Shown: one piece after another, positions 13,464 to 27,335 of the stretch
Layout of the letters: each line of letters starts with the position of its first letter
Numbering within the stretch: the first letter of the stretch is position 1
Notes under the pieces: model-generated
What the model was told of the DNA's origin: nothing
The model's input: only the letters and a program-made list of their open reading frames with translations
Database searches by the model: none
Made by a program: the position numbers and the translations under genes
Assembly (NCBI RefSeq): GCF_009914755.1
Contig: NC_060936.1
Reading direction: 5' to 3' (one strand)
Source of the DNA: the human T2T-CHM13v2.0 reference genome, Homo sapiens
Length of the DNA stretch: 64,000 nt

Positions 13464-14599
13464 GATTTCACCCAAGCTGAACTTGAGCCCCAGACTGTAG
13501 ATGCACATGTGTGGACGCATATGTGTGTAGGTCTCTGTAGTATCATATATTTTATACATACTATTAATATATTTTATGTATATACACTATTCATTTGTTC
13601 ATTCACAAATATTTTAAAAGTACCGTCTATGATTTAAGTTCTGGCTGGGTATTAAACAGTGAACAAGACAAATACGATCTCTACCCAGAGCTTATGTCAT
13701 CACATTTTACAAAACAACTAAGTCCTATAGACAAATAAAGCAGTGATAAATAACTGATAAAAGTTATGAAAAGGAAGAGACACATCATAGTAATTTTATA
13801 CATGAAAAATGTATCCCTTAGGTGTAGGGCCTACACCTTCACTATGTAAACTTTTATGTTTTTCTAGTTTCAATAAAAGATTAGCATTTGGTATTTAAAT
13901 GCACATTTAAGGGAACAATGATCTCAATGACTCCACAGTTAAGTATTCCTAAAGGAAGTTTACTACTCAAATCATGAGATATCATCACTATCCTCCTAGG
14001 GACAGTATGCACCAAGTACAGGAAGGTTACTCAAAACTTACTAAAAAAGGGACAAAAAGGAGCGTTGGGAATCCTAACCACCTCTCCTCCAAAGATTCTA
14101 TTTCAAACCTAACTTTCCTGGTACTCTGCCAAACAAAACAATATAAACACCCAGATACAAAAGGAGCAGCTTCTATTGTCTAATTCCCTGTATGGATAAG
14201 CTGGTTGCCAGCTCTATAAATATTTAATAAGAACCAAGCTCAACTAGACCCATTAATGACTCTTTGAAAGTATTTTTATTATGAATTAGCATGAGATACA
14301 TGTAAAAGAATGCATGAAACTTTGCTTCCAGCCCCTGAATTTTGTGAGTTCTTTGAATCACACTCTGCTCTCTGTTTATGGAGTTTTCTGTTTCTTGCAA
14401 TGAAAGGAACTGTGAACATAAGATGTAACTAAAGAAAGTGGAAAAACAATATCAATATCTAGCAGTTTTTGAGCCCTCCTTATGAGCTAGTTACTGTGCT
14501 GTGGGATGCTCATGCCTCATTTTATCAATCTGCCCCAAACCTTTGATGAGGTAGTTGTATCATCCTCTTCCTCTTTGTGTTTTGTTTTCTTAACATTTT

Positions 14600-15615
14600 T
14601 TGCTTGTTTGTTTTTGTAACAGCTTTATTGAGATATAATTTACATACCAAACAATTCATCCATTTAAAGTGTACGATTCAGTGGTTTTTTTGCACATTGA
14701 CAGAGTTGTGCAATTATCAACACTATTTTAGAAAATTTTTAATCACTGCAAAAAAAAGCCCCTCTGTAACCTTTAGCTATTGCTTTGCTTTGAATGTGGC
14801 GTCTCTTAAAAAGTTATGAGTATGTTGAAACTTAATACTCATTAAGGTGGTAATAAGAGGAGGGCCTTTTGGGAAGTGATTAAGTCATGAGGACTCCACC
14901 CTTATGAATGGATTACTACCTGTATAAAAGAGGCTTCAGAGAGAGTTTGCCCCTCTTGCCTTCCACCTGCTGCTATATGAGGACACAGCAGCAAGGTGCC
15001 ATCTTGGAAGCAGAGAACAGCCCTCGCCAGACACCAAAATTGGTGGCTTCAGAACCGTAAGAAGTAAATTTTTGTTCTTTATAAATTACCCAGTCTGTGG
15101 TATTTTCTTATAGCAGCATAATTGGACTAAGAGAGCTATTATCCCTAATCCCTCATCATTTCCCCTGTCACTAGACTACTAGTAATCCACTTTCTATCAC
15201 TATACATTTTCCAACTCTAGACATTTCATATAAACAGAATCATACAGAATGTAGTCTTTTGTGACTGGCTTCATTCATGTGCTGTAGCGTGTTTTCAAGG
15301 TTTATTCATGCTGTAGTATGTTTCAGCACTTCATTTCTTTGTATGACTAATATTCCATTGTGTGTATACATCACACTTTGTTTATCCATCATCTGTTGAC
15401 GGACATTTGTTTCCACTCTTTGGCTGTTATAAATCATGTTGCTATGAATAACTGTATACAAGTTTTTGTGTTAACATGTATTTTAAAAAATTATCTTGGG
15501 TATATACCTGGAAGTAGAAATGCTGGGTCAAATGGTAACTCTATGTTTTAACTTTTTTTAGGAATGGTCACACTGTTTTCCAAAGTGACTGCACCATTTC
15601 ATATTTCTACCAGCA
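14600..15615 (-). mobile_element. L1MB-type 3' fragment, interrupted by a MaLR LTR
   Basis: ACAGCTTTATTGAGATATAATTTACATACC..CATTTAAAGTGTAC antisense L1MB 3' end; resumes after 15139. Confidence 0.85.
14781..15134 (+). mobile_element. MaLR solo LTR (MLT1A/MSTD-like)
   Basis: TGCT..TTGAATGT start, TATAAATTACCCAGTCTGTGGTATTTT..GGACTAAGA end; TSD GCTAT at 14776-14780 and 15135-15139. Confidence 0.9.
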
Positions 15616-16231
15616 ACATCATCATCTTCCTTTTACAGATGAAGAAACTCATATCATGGAAAAGCATGGATGAAATCCTCTGACCACCCTACATTTAAAG
15701 GACCTTTAAAGAGAAAGAACTGACAGTGTAAGTGGAAAAAGAGCAACTGGAAGTAGCAGGAGAAGGAAAAACCATTATCATACAACTGGTGGGAAGAAGG
15801 AATGTCAAAAACATCAGTGTGAAAATAATTGCAGTAAAACGGTAAATCCCAGTAATTACTGAAAAGAGATTTTTAGGATGTGGGCAATGGAAGGTACATG
15901 GTGATTCTCAGAAGTCTCATGGGCAAGCAGTGAGTGAGATTGCCATGGGTGACAGTATATGTTACATAAGGAGGTGAAGGCAGCATGATTTGGAAATTCA
16001 GGTGATGGAAGGAAATGAGTAGAAATCCATCTTTGGATGGAGAAGGCATGAGCAGGTCTATGGAGGCAAGAAGCTGGAGTGATTAAGATACTGTACAATG
16101 AGGTAGAGTGATGTATTGGAAAAGCTGAGGAGGGGATAGCTTCCCAAGAGTTAATGAATGGGGGTGTTTCATACAAAGAGAGACCTATTTCTCTGTGGCC
16201 ACAGATGGAAGGAGAGATAAGAGTGACTGGG

Positions 16232-16706
<475 letters not shown>

Positions 16707-18456
16707 TCACTATGCCCTCATAATAGTTTCCAATGCAATGAATAAGAAGTCAATGAGTGTCACGAGTGGCTTTTTAGCCTACCCCATCTATTCAAGGAAG
16801 GCTTAAGCCTTGAGTCAAATCCCAGAGTGAGAATTTCTTTTGTATTTTTTGAGTTTCTCTGTGCATTCATTATAGCCCTCATGGAAGCTGGATTTTCCTG
16901 AGAAGTAAATGTAGATTCCTGAGCTGTAAGAAACCAGCTTGGAGAATCCTTCTGAACTGTCATTAATCGTGCTTGTTCCTTAGTATATTTATTAGGTATT
17001 ACATTTTTTTCTTCAAAGTCCCAAAAAGCCTTCCTAATTAAGAAGCCAGGAATTAGTACATTGTTTCTTAAAAGTGGAAGTGATAGCGCTTTCTTACGGT
17101 AAGTCTGGGCCATTCCAGTTGATAGTACTGATTTATAAAGCCTGTTGGGGTTTTCCTCAGAGGAGAAGGAAAAACCTCATTGCATGTACTAGCAGCACAC
17201 TAACCACAGCCCCCGGCTGATATCAGAGGCATTTTAATAAAATCCAGCATAGAAATGCAGATTTTGTTACACCGATTCCAACTGATAATTAACTACAAAC
17301 GTTTGACAATCTCAGAAAAAAATGTTTGGCATGACTACATGTGGTTTAAAATCTAGATTACAAATTCTGGGGGTGGTGAGGGGTGGAGAAAGCCGTACTT
17401 TCAAGTAAAATGAGAACTTTCGCTGTGGACTGTTAGGACACCTCCTGGGCCCCAGTGAGGGCCACTTCTGAGCAGCTGCAGCCACTTAGACCAGTCCTGC
17501 ATCTTCCCTCTGCAGAGAAGGATGGCCTATCCCAAGGTCCCTTGCGGTTCTGAATGTGGTTCTGCGTAGTCCATAGACAAGAAAATGTCCCTTTGCATAA
17601 TTAATTTCCTCTGTTTCTATGGCCCTTTTACATTTTCCAAGGAGGTTTGCATCCAAGGAAGCTCTTGTTATTGTTTTGATCACAGCTGATTGGAGAGGCA
17701 AGACAGGTGTTTTTACCTGAGGTCCACGGAGATCACAGGGTTTTTCGACTCGTCAGGAGCTTGGGTAGGAGAAAGACGGTTCCAAGCTTCTTGGCAACAT
17801 TGTCTGGAAATGTATTCATCAGACCCTGTCTAGCAGGCAGAGTTTAAAAAGCAATTGCTCCCTTTTGTGTGTGCCTTTAAGGATGAGAGACTAACAGAAT
17901 AGCTTGAGTATCTGTGGGGCAGGAGGAGGTTTTATTTGAAAGACACATCTGATATTGCTAGTACCTACAATACCGATGTTGGTTTCTTTTGGAGACCCCA
18001 AGTTCACCAGCCTACTGGAGTTACCCTGTTCTGTGATATTTAAATAGAAACTGCTTGAACTCTCATTTCACAGAAGTGGAAACTGTTCTGTGTCTTCCCA
18101 ACCCCTCACATCTGCAGGGATTCCCCAGGTACTTAAGAGTTTCCTGGGGAGTCCAGGTTTCTACTGAATTCTCCATTTCCTGACGTCTCCTTGTAGAGCT
18201 TCTCCTCTCTACCACCCTATGTCCACCAACCTGAACTTTTCCCTGAGTTTTCCAAAATCCTAACCATAAAAGAAAATTATGTATAGTGTAATTTAAGTGG
18301 AGATTTTGGGGTAATGCCCAAGAGCAATTGCCAGAAGCAATATAAAGGTGAACAGCTATTCTCAAAATTCCCCTGACCACATAGCTCTGCTAGTCCAAAA
18401 GACAACTTTCTGTGAACTTAAAAAGAGTGCATCCTTCAAGGTCTTTATTATCATCT

Positions 18457-19164
18457 TGTTAAAAGAAAAACCTTAGACAAATTAAATTTAACACAGTTTA
18501 GTTGAGCAAAGAATGATTCGTGTATCAGGCAGCCCCCAAACCGGAATAGGTTCAGAGGCTACAACATACTCACAAAATGAAAGATTTATGGACAGAAAAA
18601 GGAAGTAAGGTACAGAAATAGCCGGATTTGTTATAGCCCAGTGTTTGGCTTATTTGAACACAGTTTAAACAGCTGGCTGTCTTTGATTGACCAAAACTTG
18701 GTGATTGGCGCAAGAATATGTTACAGTCTGTTTATACCTCCAATCAGGTTACAGTTCACTATGTATGGAGAAACATTTACACTGAATGTAGACTATATAA
18801 GGAGTCAGCTTTAGGCTAAACTTAATTTAACAATTACCCCAACTTTATGTGTTGATTTGTTCTGTCACCATCATAAATGTACTCATTTGTTCTCCCGTTC
18901 CACTGGGAAATAGCAGAACAATGGGTTTTGTAAGTTGGGAACAAGGACATCAGGCAATTTTTTGTAAAGGTTAGAGTAGAGGGGACCTCCTTGTGCTGCA
19001 GTTAAACAAAACATGGTCTGTTTCGGAACCTATCTACTTCCTTAAAGTTTCAGTTTGATTATATCACATTTAGCATGAGTGACTCCATTTTGGTTTGGTC
19101 TGGTCTGCTGTGGCCTAGTGCACGAGTTCAATCCAAAAATGGCCTCCTGTAATTTTGTTTAACA
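18457..19164 (-). mobile_element. ERV1 (MER4-group) composite: MER57-like LTR (18457-18832) plus MER93-like segment
   Basis: Reverse strand of 18832 begins TGTTAAATTAAGTTTAGCCTAAAGCTG; reverse strand of 19164 begins TGTTAAACAAAATTACAGGAGGCCAT..AAAATGGAGTCACTCATGCTAAATG; flanks ATCT/ATTT. Confidence 0.7.
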
Positions 19165-19340
19165 ATTTGCTGAGAAATTGTTCTAATAGTTATGTGAATC
19201 AGGAGGCCGATATTGCCAATATTTCTCCCTGGAGTTGTGCAGTGCACAACTGACACAGCTGGGAGTAGTGCCATTCCTCCCACAGGAAGCTTCTCCCTGG
19301 CCACCCCTTCTCAGGACCCAGGCTTCCTAAATCTTCACTG

Positions 19341-19365
19341 TCTCTCTCTCTCTCTCTCTCTCTCT
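19341..19365. repeat. (CT)n microsatellite
   Basis: Direct read. Confidence 0.9.
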
Positions 19366-19849
19366 TTCCCCACCCCTTCCTTCCATTAATCTCCCTTAGT
19401 TCCTTCTATTCTAGGTTATTTTACTTACTTGCTTTTGATGTTCCTTGGAGACATTTATAACTCTTAGGCTATTATGCAGAGCATTTAATTTTCTACTTCT
19501 CTCCCCTGCCTATTCCATCTTGGCCCAAGGCTTACCTTTTCTCAACTGAAATGGCCCATCCTGGCATTTTACTGTTAATTCCCTGAGGGCTTCTTCTTCC
19601 AGCTTTTTCCAATAACTTGCCTCCACTCCTTGCCATATTTATTAAAAAGAGAGAGATTTGGTTAGACTCTTTATTACGATCCCCATAGCAACTTCTATCT
19701 CTCCTTTAAAAATCTTCATATTACAAACCTGGCATATAGTGGATGCCCATAAATATTTGCTGATAAAATATTTATGATGGAATGTATAGTGCTATGTGGT
19801 TTTGGTTTTTTAGAACATATTAGACTGTGAATTAATAATATCAGAATTC

Positions 19850-20173
19850 CCACCAATAGTTCTGGGTTTTACATTTAAGCCTTTAATCCATCTTGAGTTA
19901 ATTTTGTATAAGGTGTAAGGAAGGGGTCCAGTTTCAATTTTCTGCATTTGGCTAGCCAGTTTTCCCAGCACCGTTTATTAAATAGAGAATCCTTTCCCCA
20001 CTGTTCATTTTTATCAGGTTTGTCAAAGATCAGATGGTTGTAGATGTGCGGTCTTATTTCTGAGATCTCTATTCTGTTCCATTGGTCTATGTGTCTATTT
20101 CTGTACCAGTACCAGCCGTTTTGGTTACCGTAGCCTTGTAGTATAGTTTGAAGTCAAGTAGCGTGATGCCTCC

Positions 20174-20214
<41 letters not shown>

Positions 20215-20532
20215 ATAGGATCGTCTTGGCTATATGGGCTCTTTTTTGGTTCCATATGAATTTTAAAGTAGTTTTTTTCTAATTCTGTGAAGAATGTCAT
20301 ATGAGAACGCATGGACACAGGGAGGGGAACAACACACACTGTGGCCTGGCCAGAGGGGCTCGGGGAGGGAGTGCATCAGGATAAATAGCTAATGCATGCT
20401 AGGCTTAATATCTAGATGATGGGTTGATAGGTGCAGCAAAACACCATGGCACACATTTACCTATGTAACAAAACTGCACGTCCTGCACATGTAACCTGGA
20501 ACTTAAAATTTAATTTAATTTAATTTAATAAT
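19850..20532 (+). mobile_element. 5'-truncated L1PA (approximately L1PA8-13) with 5' inversion
   Basis: 19856-20299 is antisense ORF2; 20301-20532 is sense 3'UTR and tail; TSD AATAA(T/C)ATCAGAATTC at 19834-19849 and 20533-20548. Confidence 0.92.
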
Positions 20533-20869
20533 AATAACATCAGAATTCTTGGTGTTTAGCAAAGTACCCAGATCACAGTGGGTGCTCAGAAGGTATTCAT
20601 TAAATGAATATTCATCAACAAGTTAATCCATTTTTTACCTAACCCAGTGGAATCTGCTGAGCTAACCATCATGAGAAATAATGCTGGAGGTATAGGGTTC
20701 ATTTTAGATCTTTAGGTTTTTATGGCTGATTCATTCATTCATGGAATGAAATTATTTAACATGAAAAATAAACCCTCTAGAATGTTAGTCCCTTTAAAAG
20801 AGATTTTTAAGGACATTCTCATTTTTTTCCCCAGAGCCCTATGAAGCAGATAGTACCTACCCCTCCCCC

Positions 20870-21015
20870 TGCCACCCCACTTTACAGATGAGAAAACTAA
20901 GGCCCAGAGAGATTGAAGCAACTCTGTTAGGTTCACACATCCAGTAAATGATAGAACAAGAACTTGAACAGAAACTTACTAATGCCAAGTCTACATTTTC
21001 TGCTCCGTTATAGCT
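20870..21015 (-). mobile_element. MIR fragment
   Basis: CCCCACTTTACAGATGAGAAAACTAAGGCCCAGAGAG. Confidence 0.7.
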
Positions 21016-21507
21016 TCTCTGATTCAGAAGAAGAGGACTATGACTCCAAAGTTCCCTTTGCAATGTAGATGTTTAAAAAATATGTTTTTTGTAAAAAAGT
21101 AAAATGCATTACTCAGTACCAATGCAAGTCTTCAGCCTAGAATCCAGACCATTAAGCATGCAGCAGCACAGCATACTTTGAAAGAGGCCTCATAAAAACA
21201 CATAGTTGACATTGTCTCTAAGGATTTTAGCTAAGTAGACTGAATCTAGTGGGGAAAATAAAATCTTTTCCCAGAGCTTCGCAGAAGTGGAAAGTGAAAG
21301 ATTGAGAGCTTGTGAGAAATAACAGACACTTTAAAAAATGTTGATTAGAAATAGAAGAATGGTAGAAGGATTTTTTAAATGAATAAATAAAAATGGTACA
21401 ACATTTGGAATATTGTTTAGAATCATATAATTTTAGGACTGAAAGGGACCAGTAAAAGCATCTAAGGCTCTCCTTTTGTAGAAAGAAACAACATTTTGAG
21501 TCACAAC

Positions 21508-21677
21508 CAGGACCAGCTATATAATTCGTGCAAAATGAAACTGGGGGGCCCCTTGTTTAAAAAAAAATACTAAGATTTCAAGATGATGATAGTATATCAT
21601 TCAACCAAGGTTGGAACCCTCCTAAGTGCAGGGCCCTATGTGACTACACATTTCACACACCAGTGAAGCCAGCCCTG
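21508..21677. mobile_element. MER45A-like hAT-Tip100 DNA transposon
   Basis: Termini CAGGACCAGCT / AGCCAGCCCTG; 8-bp near-TSD GTCACAAC/GTCACACT. Confidence 0.8.
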
Positions 21678-22429
21678 GTCACACTATTATTAACACCAGC
21701 ATTTTATACTAATATATCACTTGAGAGCTTACCTAGCCTTTTCACAGGTAATCTAATTTGAGTTTTATAATAGCTCAGTAGAGTAAAGCAAGAATTGTTT
21801 TCATTGTAAAACATGTCCACACAAGAATACATTTATCAACCATGACATTCTGGTTGACTAAAGTGACCCCATGCCCCTTGCACCATTTATGTTTTACATC
21901 ATGGTATTAGCAGTTTCTATTAGAATAAAAGGGAAGCAGTTAAGTTAATTTGCTCATAGGTAGTCATTCAACAAACTCTTTAGCATCTACTATGAGCGGA
22001 GCACTTGTAAGCATTTCAGACATTGAATTGGAATTTTGCAATAACTTAGTGAAGAAGGCGAATTACCGTGCCCAGTGTTCTGATGTGCACGCTAAAAACC
22101 AGAGACACAAAGTTAGACAGCCGAGGTCATAGATTAGCTACTGAAATAATCAGGGTTAGAATGTAGACTATTCTGTGGTGCTCTTTTAAAAAGTATTAAC
22201 TTCTATAAAATGTAAAATTAATTTGTCTGCCAAGGAAATTAAAGCCAAATCAAAGAGTAAATGAGTATTCTCCCTTTTCTACCTCTCCTTCTTCTGCTAC
22301 AGTTTCTAGAGTAGAAAATAAGAAATATAAAGATGAAAATTTCATACGTTTTAGGAGATTGCCTTGTAATTGAATTAAAAGTAAATTAATTGACCTGAGC
22401 CTTGCCCTTGAGGCCAAGCCACTGACTGC

Positions 22430-22810
22430 TCATTGAATATGCATGAGCTCACCCACTTCATCACTGCCTTGCAAGTCAGGCAAAGCCATATGACTTTTTC
22501 TGGCCAGTGGACTATAAACAAAAGTAACAGTGTATCATTTTCAGGCTGAGGTATTGAGAAGCTCCTTTATAATTCTCTGGCTCTATCTTTCCTAAACTCA
22601 GTGACCTTAGGAGCCATGTGTTAAGCTACTGGAATCACACGATAAAAGCATATTGGCTCCCTGAACCACCACCTGGGAAGGAGTTTCCCTGGAGAGTCAT
22701 GAGACTTGGCAAAGAACTTTATGTGACCAAAATAAATGTTCATGTGAAAGTCACTGCAGTCTGGGAGTGTGTTACTGCAGCATAACTTAACATCACCCTG
22801 ACTACTAGAC
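22430..22810 (+). mobile_element. MLT1-type LTR (old)
   Basis: GCCATATGACTTTTTCTGGCCAGTGG..GTTACTGCAGCATAAC..CCCTGACTA. Confidence 0.6.
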
Positions 22811-23533
22811 TCATACCTACAATATTTTTCTCCTTCTGGTTTGGTTCTTCCCTGTCTTTTGACCCTCAGTGACTATAATTAACATATATAAAAGCTTTCA
22901 AAACCCCTCCTTAAGCTGCTTTTTGTTTCTCCTGAAACCTCCAACAATCCTGTCAGACTCTGCTATTTTCAAAGGCTGAGGCCTCAAGTCTGATTTTACA
23001 TGAAAGACATGCAAGCATGACCCAAAAGATGAAAAACCTTAAGAACATCCAAGAGTCAGGGGCTTTGCTAATCACTGGGCTTTGCTAATATAAACGAATT
23101 TAGGAAAAAAGGTGATGAGCACTGAAATGATAAGCAGATGATTGTCTATCTTACTAACCCAGATAGTTGTTTTCAGGAAAATTTTAAAAGGGAAATGTTT
23201 CAGCTACTTGTATTTTGTTTTGTTTTATTTGTTTTTTTAGCCAGAACGGTGAAGGAAAAACTGAGAACCCCCCTGCATGACCATACATCTCACATTTAAA
23301 TAGCAATTTAAACAGTTATTTTTGAAAACAAGATGACATGAGGTGTGATTATCACATAAGTAATGAAACTGACTTATCCCAAAAACGTATAGACAGCATG
23401 AATTTTCATAAGGAAAGTGGTCCTTTTCAGAGGCTGAGGACTTTGGTCAAAGAAGTTCTTCCAAATAGTTAGCATCTATGATAACTGCTCTCATTCCTGG
23501 ATCTGTGTATTAATTGTAGCAAATTTTGGGTGG

Positions 23534-23955
23534 TGTCTTAGCTCAGGCTGCTGCAGCAAAATACCACACACTGGGCAACTTAAACAACACTTGTTTTTTC
23601 ATAGTTCTGGAGGCTGGAAGTCCGTGATCAGGGTACTGAAAGTCCATGATCTGGAAGCCAGCATGATAAGGTTCTGGTGAGGGCTCCCTTCTTGGTTTGT
23701 AGATGGCTGCCATCATGCTGTGTACTCACATGACCCCTTCTTCGTGTGTGCATGGAGACAGAGAAAAAATAAGCTCTCTGGTGCCTCTTCTTGCAAAGGC
23801 ACTAATCCCATCATAAGGATTCCACCCTTGTGACCTCATCTAAGCTTAATTACCTCCCAGAAGTCCCATCTCCAAATATCACATTTGGGGTTAGGGCTTC
23901 AACATAAGAATCATGAATTTGGGGTGGGGAGAGGGACACAGCTGAGTCCATAGCA
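23534..23955 (-). mobile_element. MLT1A-like MaLR solo LTR
   Basis: TGTCTTAG..ATAGTTCTGGAGGCTGGAAGTCC..GTCCATAGCA; TSD GGTGG at 23529-23533 and 23956-23960. Confidence 0.9.
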
Positions 23956-24369
23956 GGTGGGAAACATGGACTTAAGGATCAGAACTGCCTCTTGCTACCA
24001 AAAGCTTCCCAAGAGCAAGTAAGCTCACTTCCGTGAGCAGACAAAGGCTCCTGAAATAACACAGGTGAAAGGTAAGTGGTTCTGAATTGGTATGATCACA
24101 GTAAAAGAGGAGATGGGTTTCAGATGGAATATTCATGGCTTGCAGACAAAGTGAAAAATGTTTAACATGACCACCCATGTTGGAAGTCTGGTGCCTGGGA
24201 GAAGGTTGGTGCCGTTTACCCAAACTGGAAAGCCAGGAGAAAGAAGCAGTTTGGGGAGAAGGAGGAAAAGGACTTTGGCAACATGCCCACCTTGGGATCA
24301 TCTTGAGTTTGTGTGGGAATGTTCCAATGTAAGGGAAATATAAAAATGCCACTTATAAGGAAGACTGCA

Positions 24370-24530
24370 TCCAGGCGTGATAATTTATGCTTGTAATCCC
24401 AACACTTTGGGAGGCTGAGGCAGGAAGATCACTTGAGCCTAGGAGTTCGAGACCAGCCTGGGCAACATAGAGAGACTTCATCTCTATTTAAAAAAAAAAA
24501 AAAGAATTAAAAAAAATTAAAAAAGAAAAA
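24370..24530 (+). mobile_element. FLAM_C Alu monomer
   Basis: Single arm GATCACTTGAGCCTAGGAGTTCGAGACCAGCCTGGGCAACATAG followed by an A-rich tail. Confidence 0.85.
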
Positions 24531-25064
24531 TATAGAGAAAAAGAAGTCTGTGTCAGCCAGGCTTGGGGAGGATGGGTAGAAATACAGTCTGCACGTGACT
24601 AATTTCATGAGTGGTCGCTTCACCACTAAGCTAAAATTCTCTATGGTGGACAAAATTCTTATACCAGCAATGATTTCTGGGCATTAAAGCTTTGTGAGAC
24701 TTACAGCAACTAGACACTTGTAGGCACAGTGGGCTAATTGCCCTTCCATGGCAAAGACAGCTGAAGCAGGACTTCTTTACAGTACCACTTGGACAAACAA
24801 TTACTAACGACCATAATTTTTCCACGTACACTGGGTACACTGAGTACCCAGGTAAGAAAATGTACCTGTGGGAGGATTAGGGGAAATACACTGCAAACTT
24901 GGCCCAAAAAAGAAGGAAAATAGGAGGAAAGAAGTAAGAGGTATAAGCAAGAGGCTATAACTAGATTTCTGAAAGAAGTGAGAAAGGGGGGAAAACAGAA
25001 GTGAACCAACAATCGCTGAGCTCTTCCCTTGTTCCAGGGCAGGTGCTGAAAAGACAGTCCCTCA

Positions 25065-25492
<428 letters not shown>

Positions 25493-25569
25493 TTAGAGGA
25501 GTCCATTTTTAGGTGAAAACTGAGGCTCCAAAAAGTTAAATGAGTTGCCTAAAGAATCACAGTGTGATC

Positions 25570-25634
25570 ACTGGGGATCTATTGGTTGCATGTGACAGAA
25601 GCCAAGTCCAAACAAATTCAAGAATAACAAAAAC

Positions 25635-25668
<34 letters not shown>

Positions 25669-26095
25669 AAATTGGCTCATATGATAGAAAACTACAGCGT
25701 GCAGAGGTTAATCCAGCTCTTTTCCTGGACCCAGGTGCCCCATCTGTGCCCTGTCTTTCATATGGCTTTTTTCTGTGTTGCTGCACCTTCTGGAAGCCTT
25801 CCCTCCATTGGGAGGAAAGATGGCCCCAGAAGCCACAGGCTGCCATGGTCCTTCCACCTTGCAGCTTATGGCATCCCCAGAGGGATCCTGATTGGCCCAG
25901 CTTGATTGCCTTGGGCCAATTAGCACAACAGGTGGAATCAGAATCGTGAACTCTGATCACATGCCTGCTGCTGTGACGAGGCAAGTGCAGCCACCACATG
26001 ACTGATATCCCCACCAGAATCACCCACAACAGGGAGGAATATTTCTACAAGAAGTGTATGGGGGCCGTCCCCTTAAAAAGGGGACAAACACAATC
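25570..26095. mobile_element. Old LTR (LTR33/MLT1-like) with expanded A-run at ~25636-25665
   Basis: TTGGTTGCATGTGACAGAAGCC..ATTGGCTCAT..TGATTGGCCCAGCTTG. Confidence 0.5.
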
Positions 26096-27335
26096 CATGT
26101 CCTCAATACACATTTTAGAAATTTGCGGAGTTGAGCTGCAAGCCCAGGCTGCATTCTGAAGTTTGTGTCTTTCTATCTTGCAAAGTGCCCTTCCCACATA
26201 CCTCTGACAAATGAGAACAGAAAGAAGATTTAATGGCAGTGCAAATGAAAGGAAAGGCAGAAATAATTCTGGGAGGCCAAAACACCAAAGAAGAAATAAG
26301 AAGAGGAAGCAAGAGAAGCAGGATGAGAGAGGCTGTGGGAAAAAATAAAAACAGGGTTGGGAAAAAAGCACCAAGGCCTATCCTGCAGCCTTCAATCCCT
26401 CCTCTGGAATCCCTGCCAGAAGCTGTTGGTGTTTTTCAGAAAGCTTTTTCCCTTCCTCCTTGTTAAGAAGCTGAGAGCCAAATGCCCCATTAATCTTTCA
26501 AAAGGCCACTTTGGCTTCTTGGGGCAGAGCCACGCACGTTTGGCTTGCCTCCCTCATGTTCATTTTCCTTCCCAAAAGCAGGGGGACTTGGCAGGCCAAC
26601 CCAGCTACCCATTTAGGATCACAGGGACCAGAGGCTGTTACCACTGCAGTGGGGTCTTACCTGGGAAGATAGTGGTCATCCCTGCACCTCAAGGACTCTC
26701 CTCCCATCTGCTTAGTTAGGCTCCACTTGACCACATTCCATTTCTCAGGCCCATTTGCAGTGTGAGAAACTCAGTAAACAAAAATAAACCCGGAGCTCCA
26801 AGTGCCACCACCCCACTGGGCAGCTGCTGGTACAATGCAGGGTGTAGTTGGGGATACTAGGAAGTTCTTTCTTCTAGCAGAGCTACAGTTGGGGTGAGCA
26901 GGCGAAAAGGAGACAAATGGACTAAAGAGTAACATGGTACAATAGTGTTGTAACCAACACAGACAAAACAATGTAAGACGTGTCACTTACGAGACTCTTT
27001 TGTCTTCCTGAGAGCCTTCCAGGAATCAAGTCCTGCACTTGGCTGTGAGGGCATAGGGGTGAATCAGATGTGGACTGTTGGTAGGGACACATGTCTTCCC
27101 TACACCACAGGGAAGTTTCCCCATGATGTTTCCTCCATGTGGAAGGAGTTCCGCTGGTGGGAAAAAGTTGGCATCTCTTCACCCCTTTACTCCCAGAGGT
27201 TGAGCGATAGGTGAATGGTCAATTTGGAATAAGTGATATGTGAATAGTCCACTTGCAAAGACTGTAATGGGGCACACTTATCTCAGCTCCGCCTATCTTG
27301 TTCTTTGCAGTTGCTTTGCCAGCAGAGAAGTCTAC

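Noticed and set aside
25636-25665. Poly(A) tail of a processed pseudogene
   Set aside because: Lies at an A-rich position inside an old LTR, with no TSD or upstream poly(A) signal.
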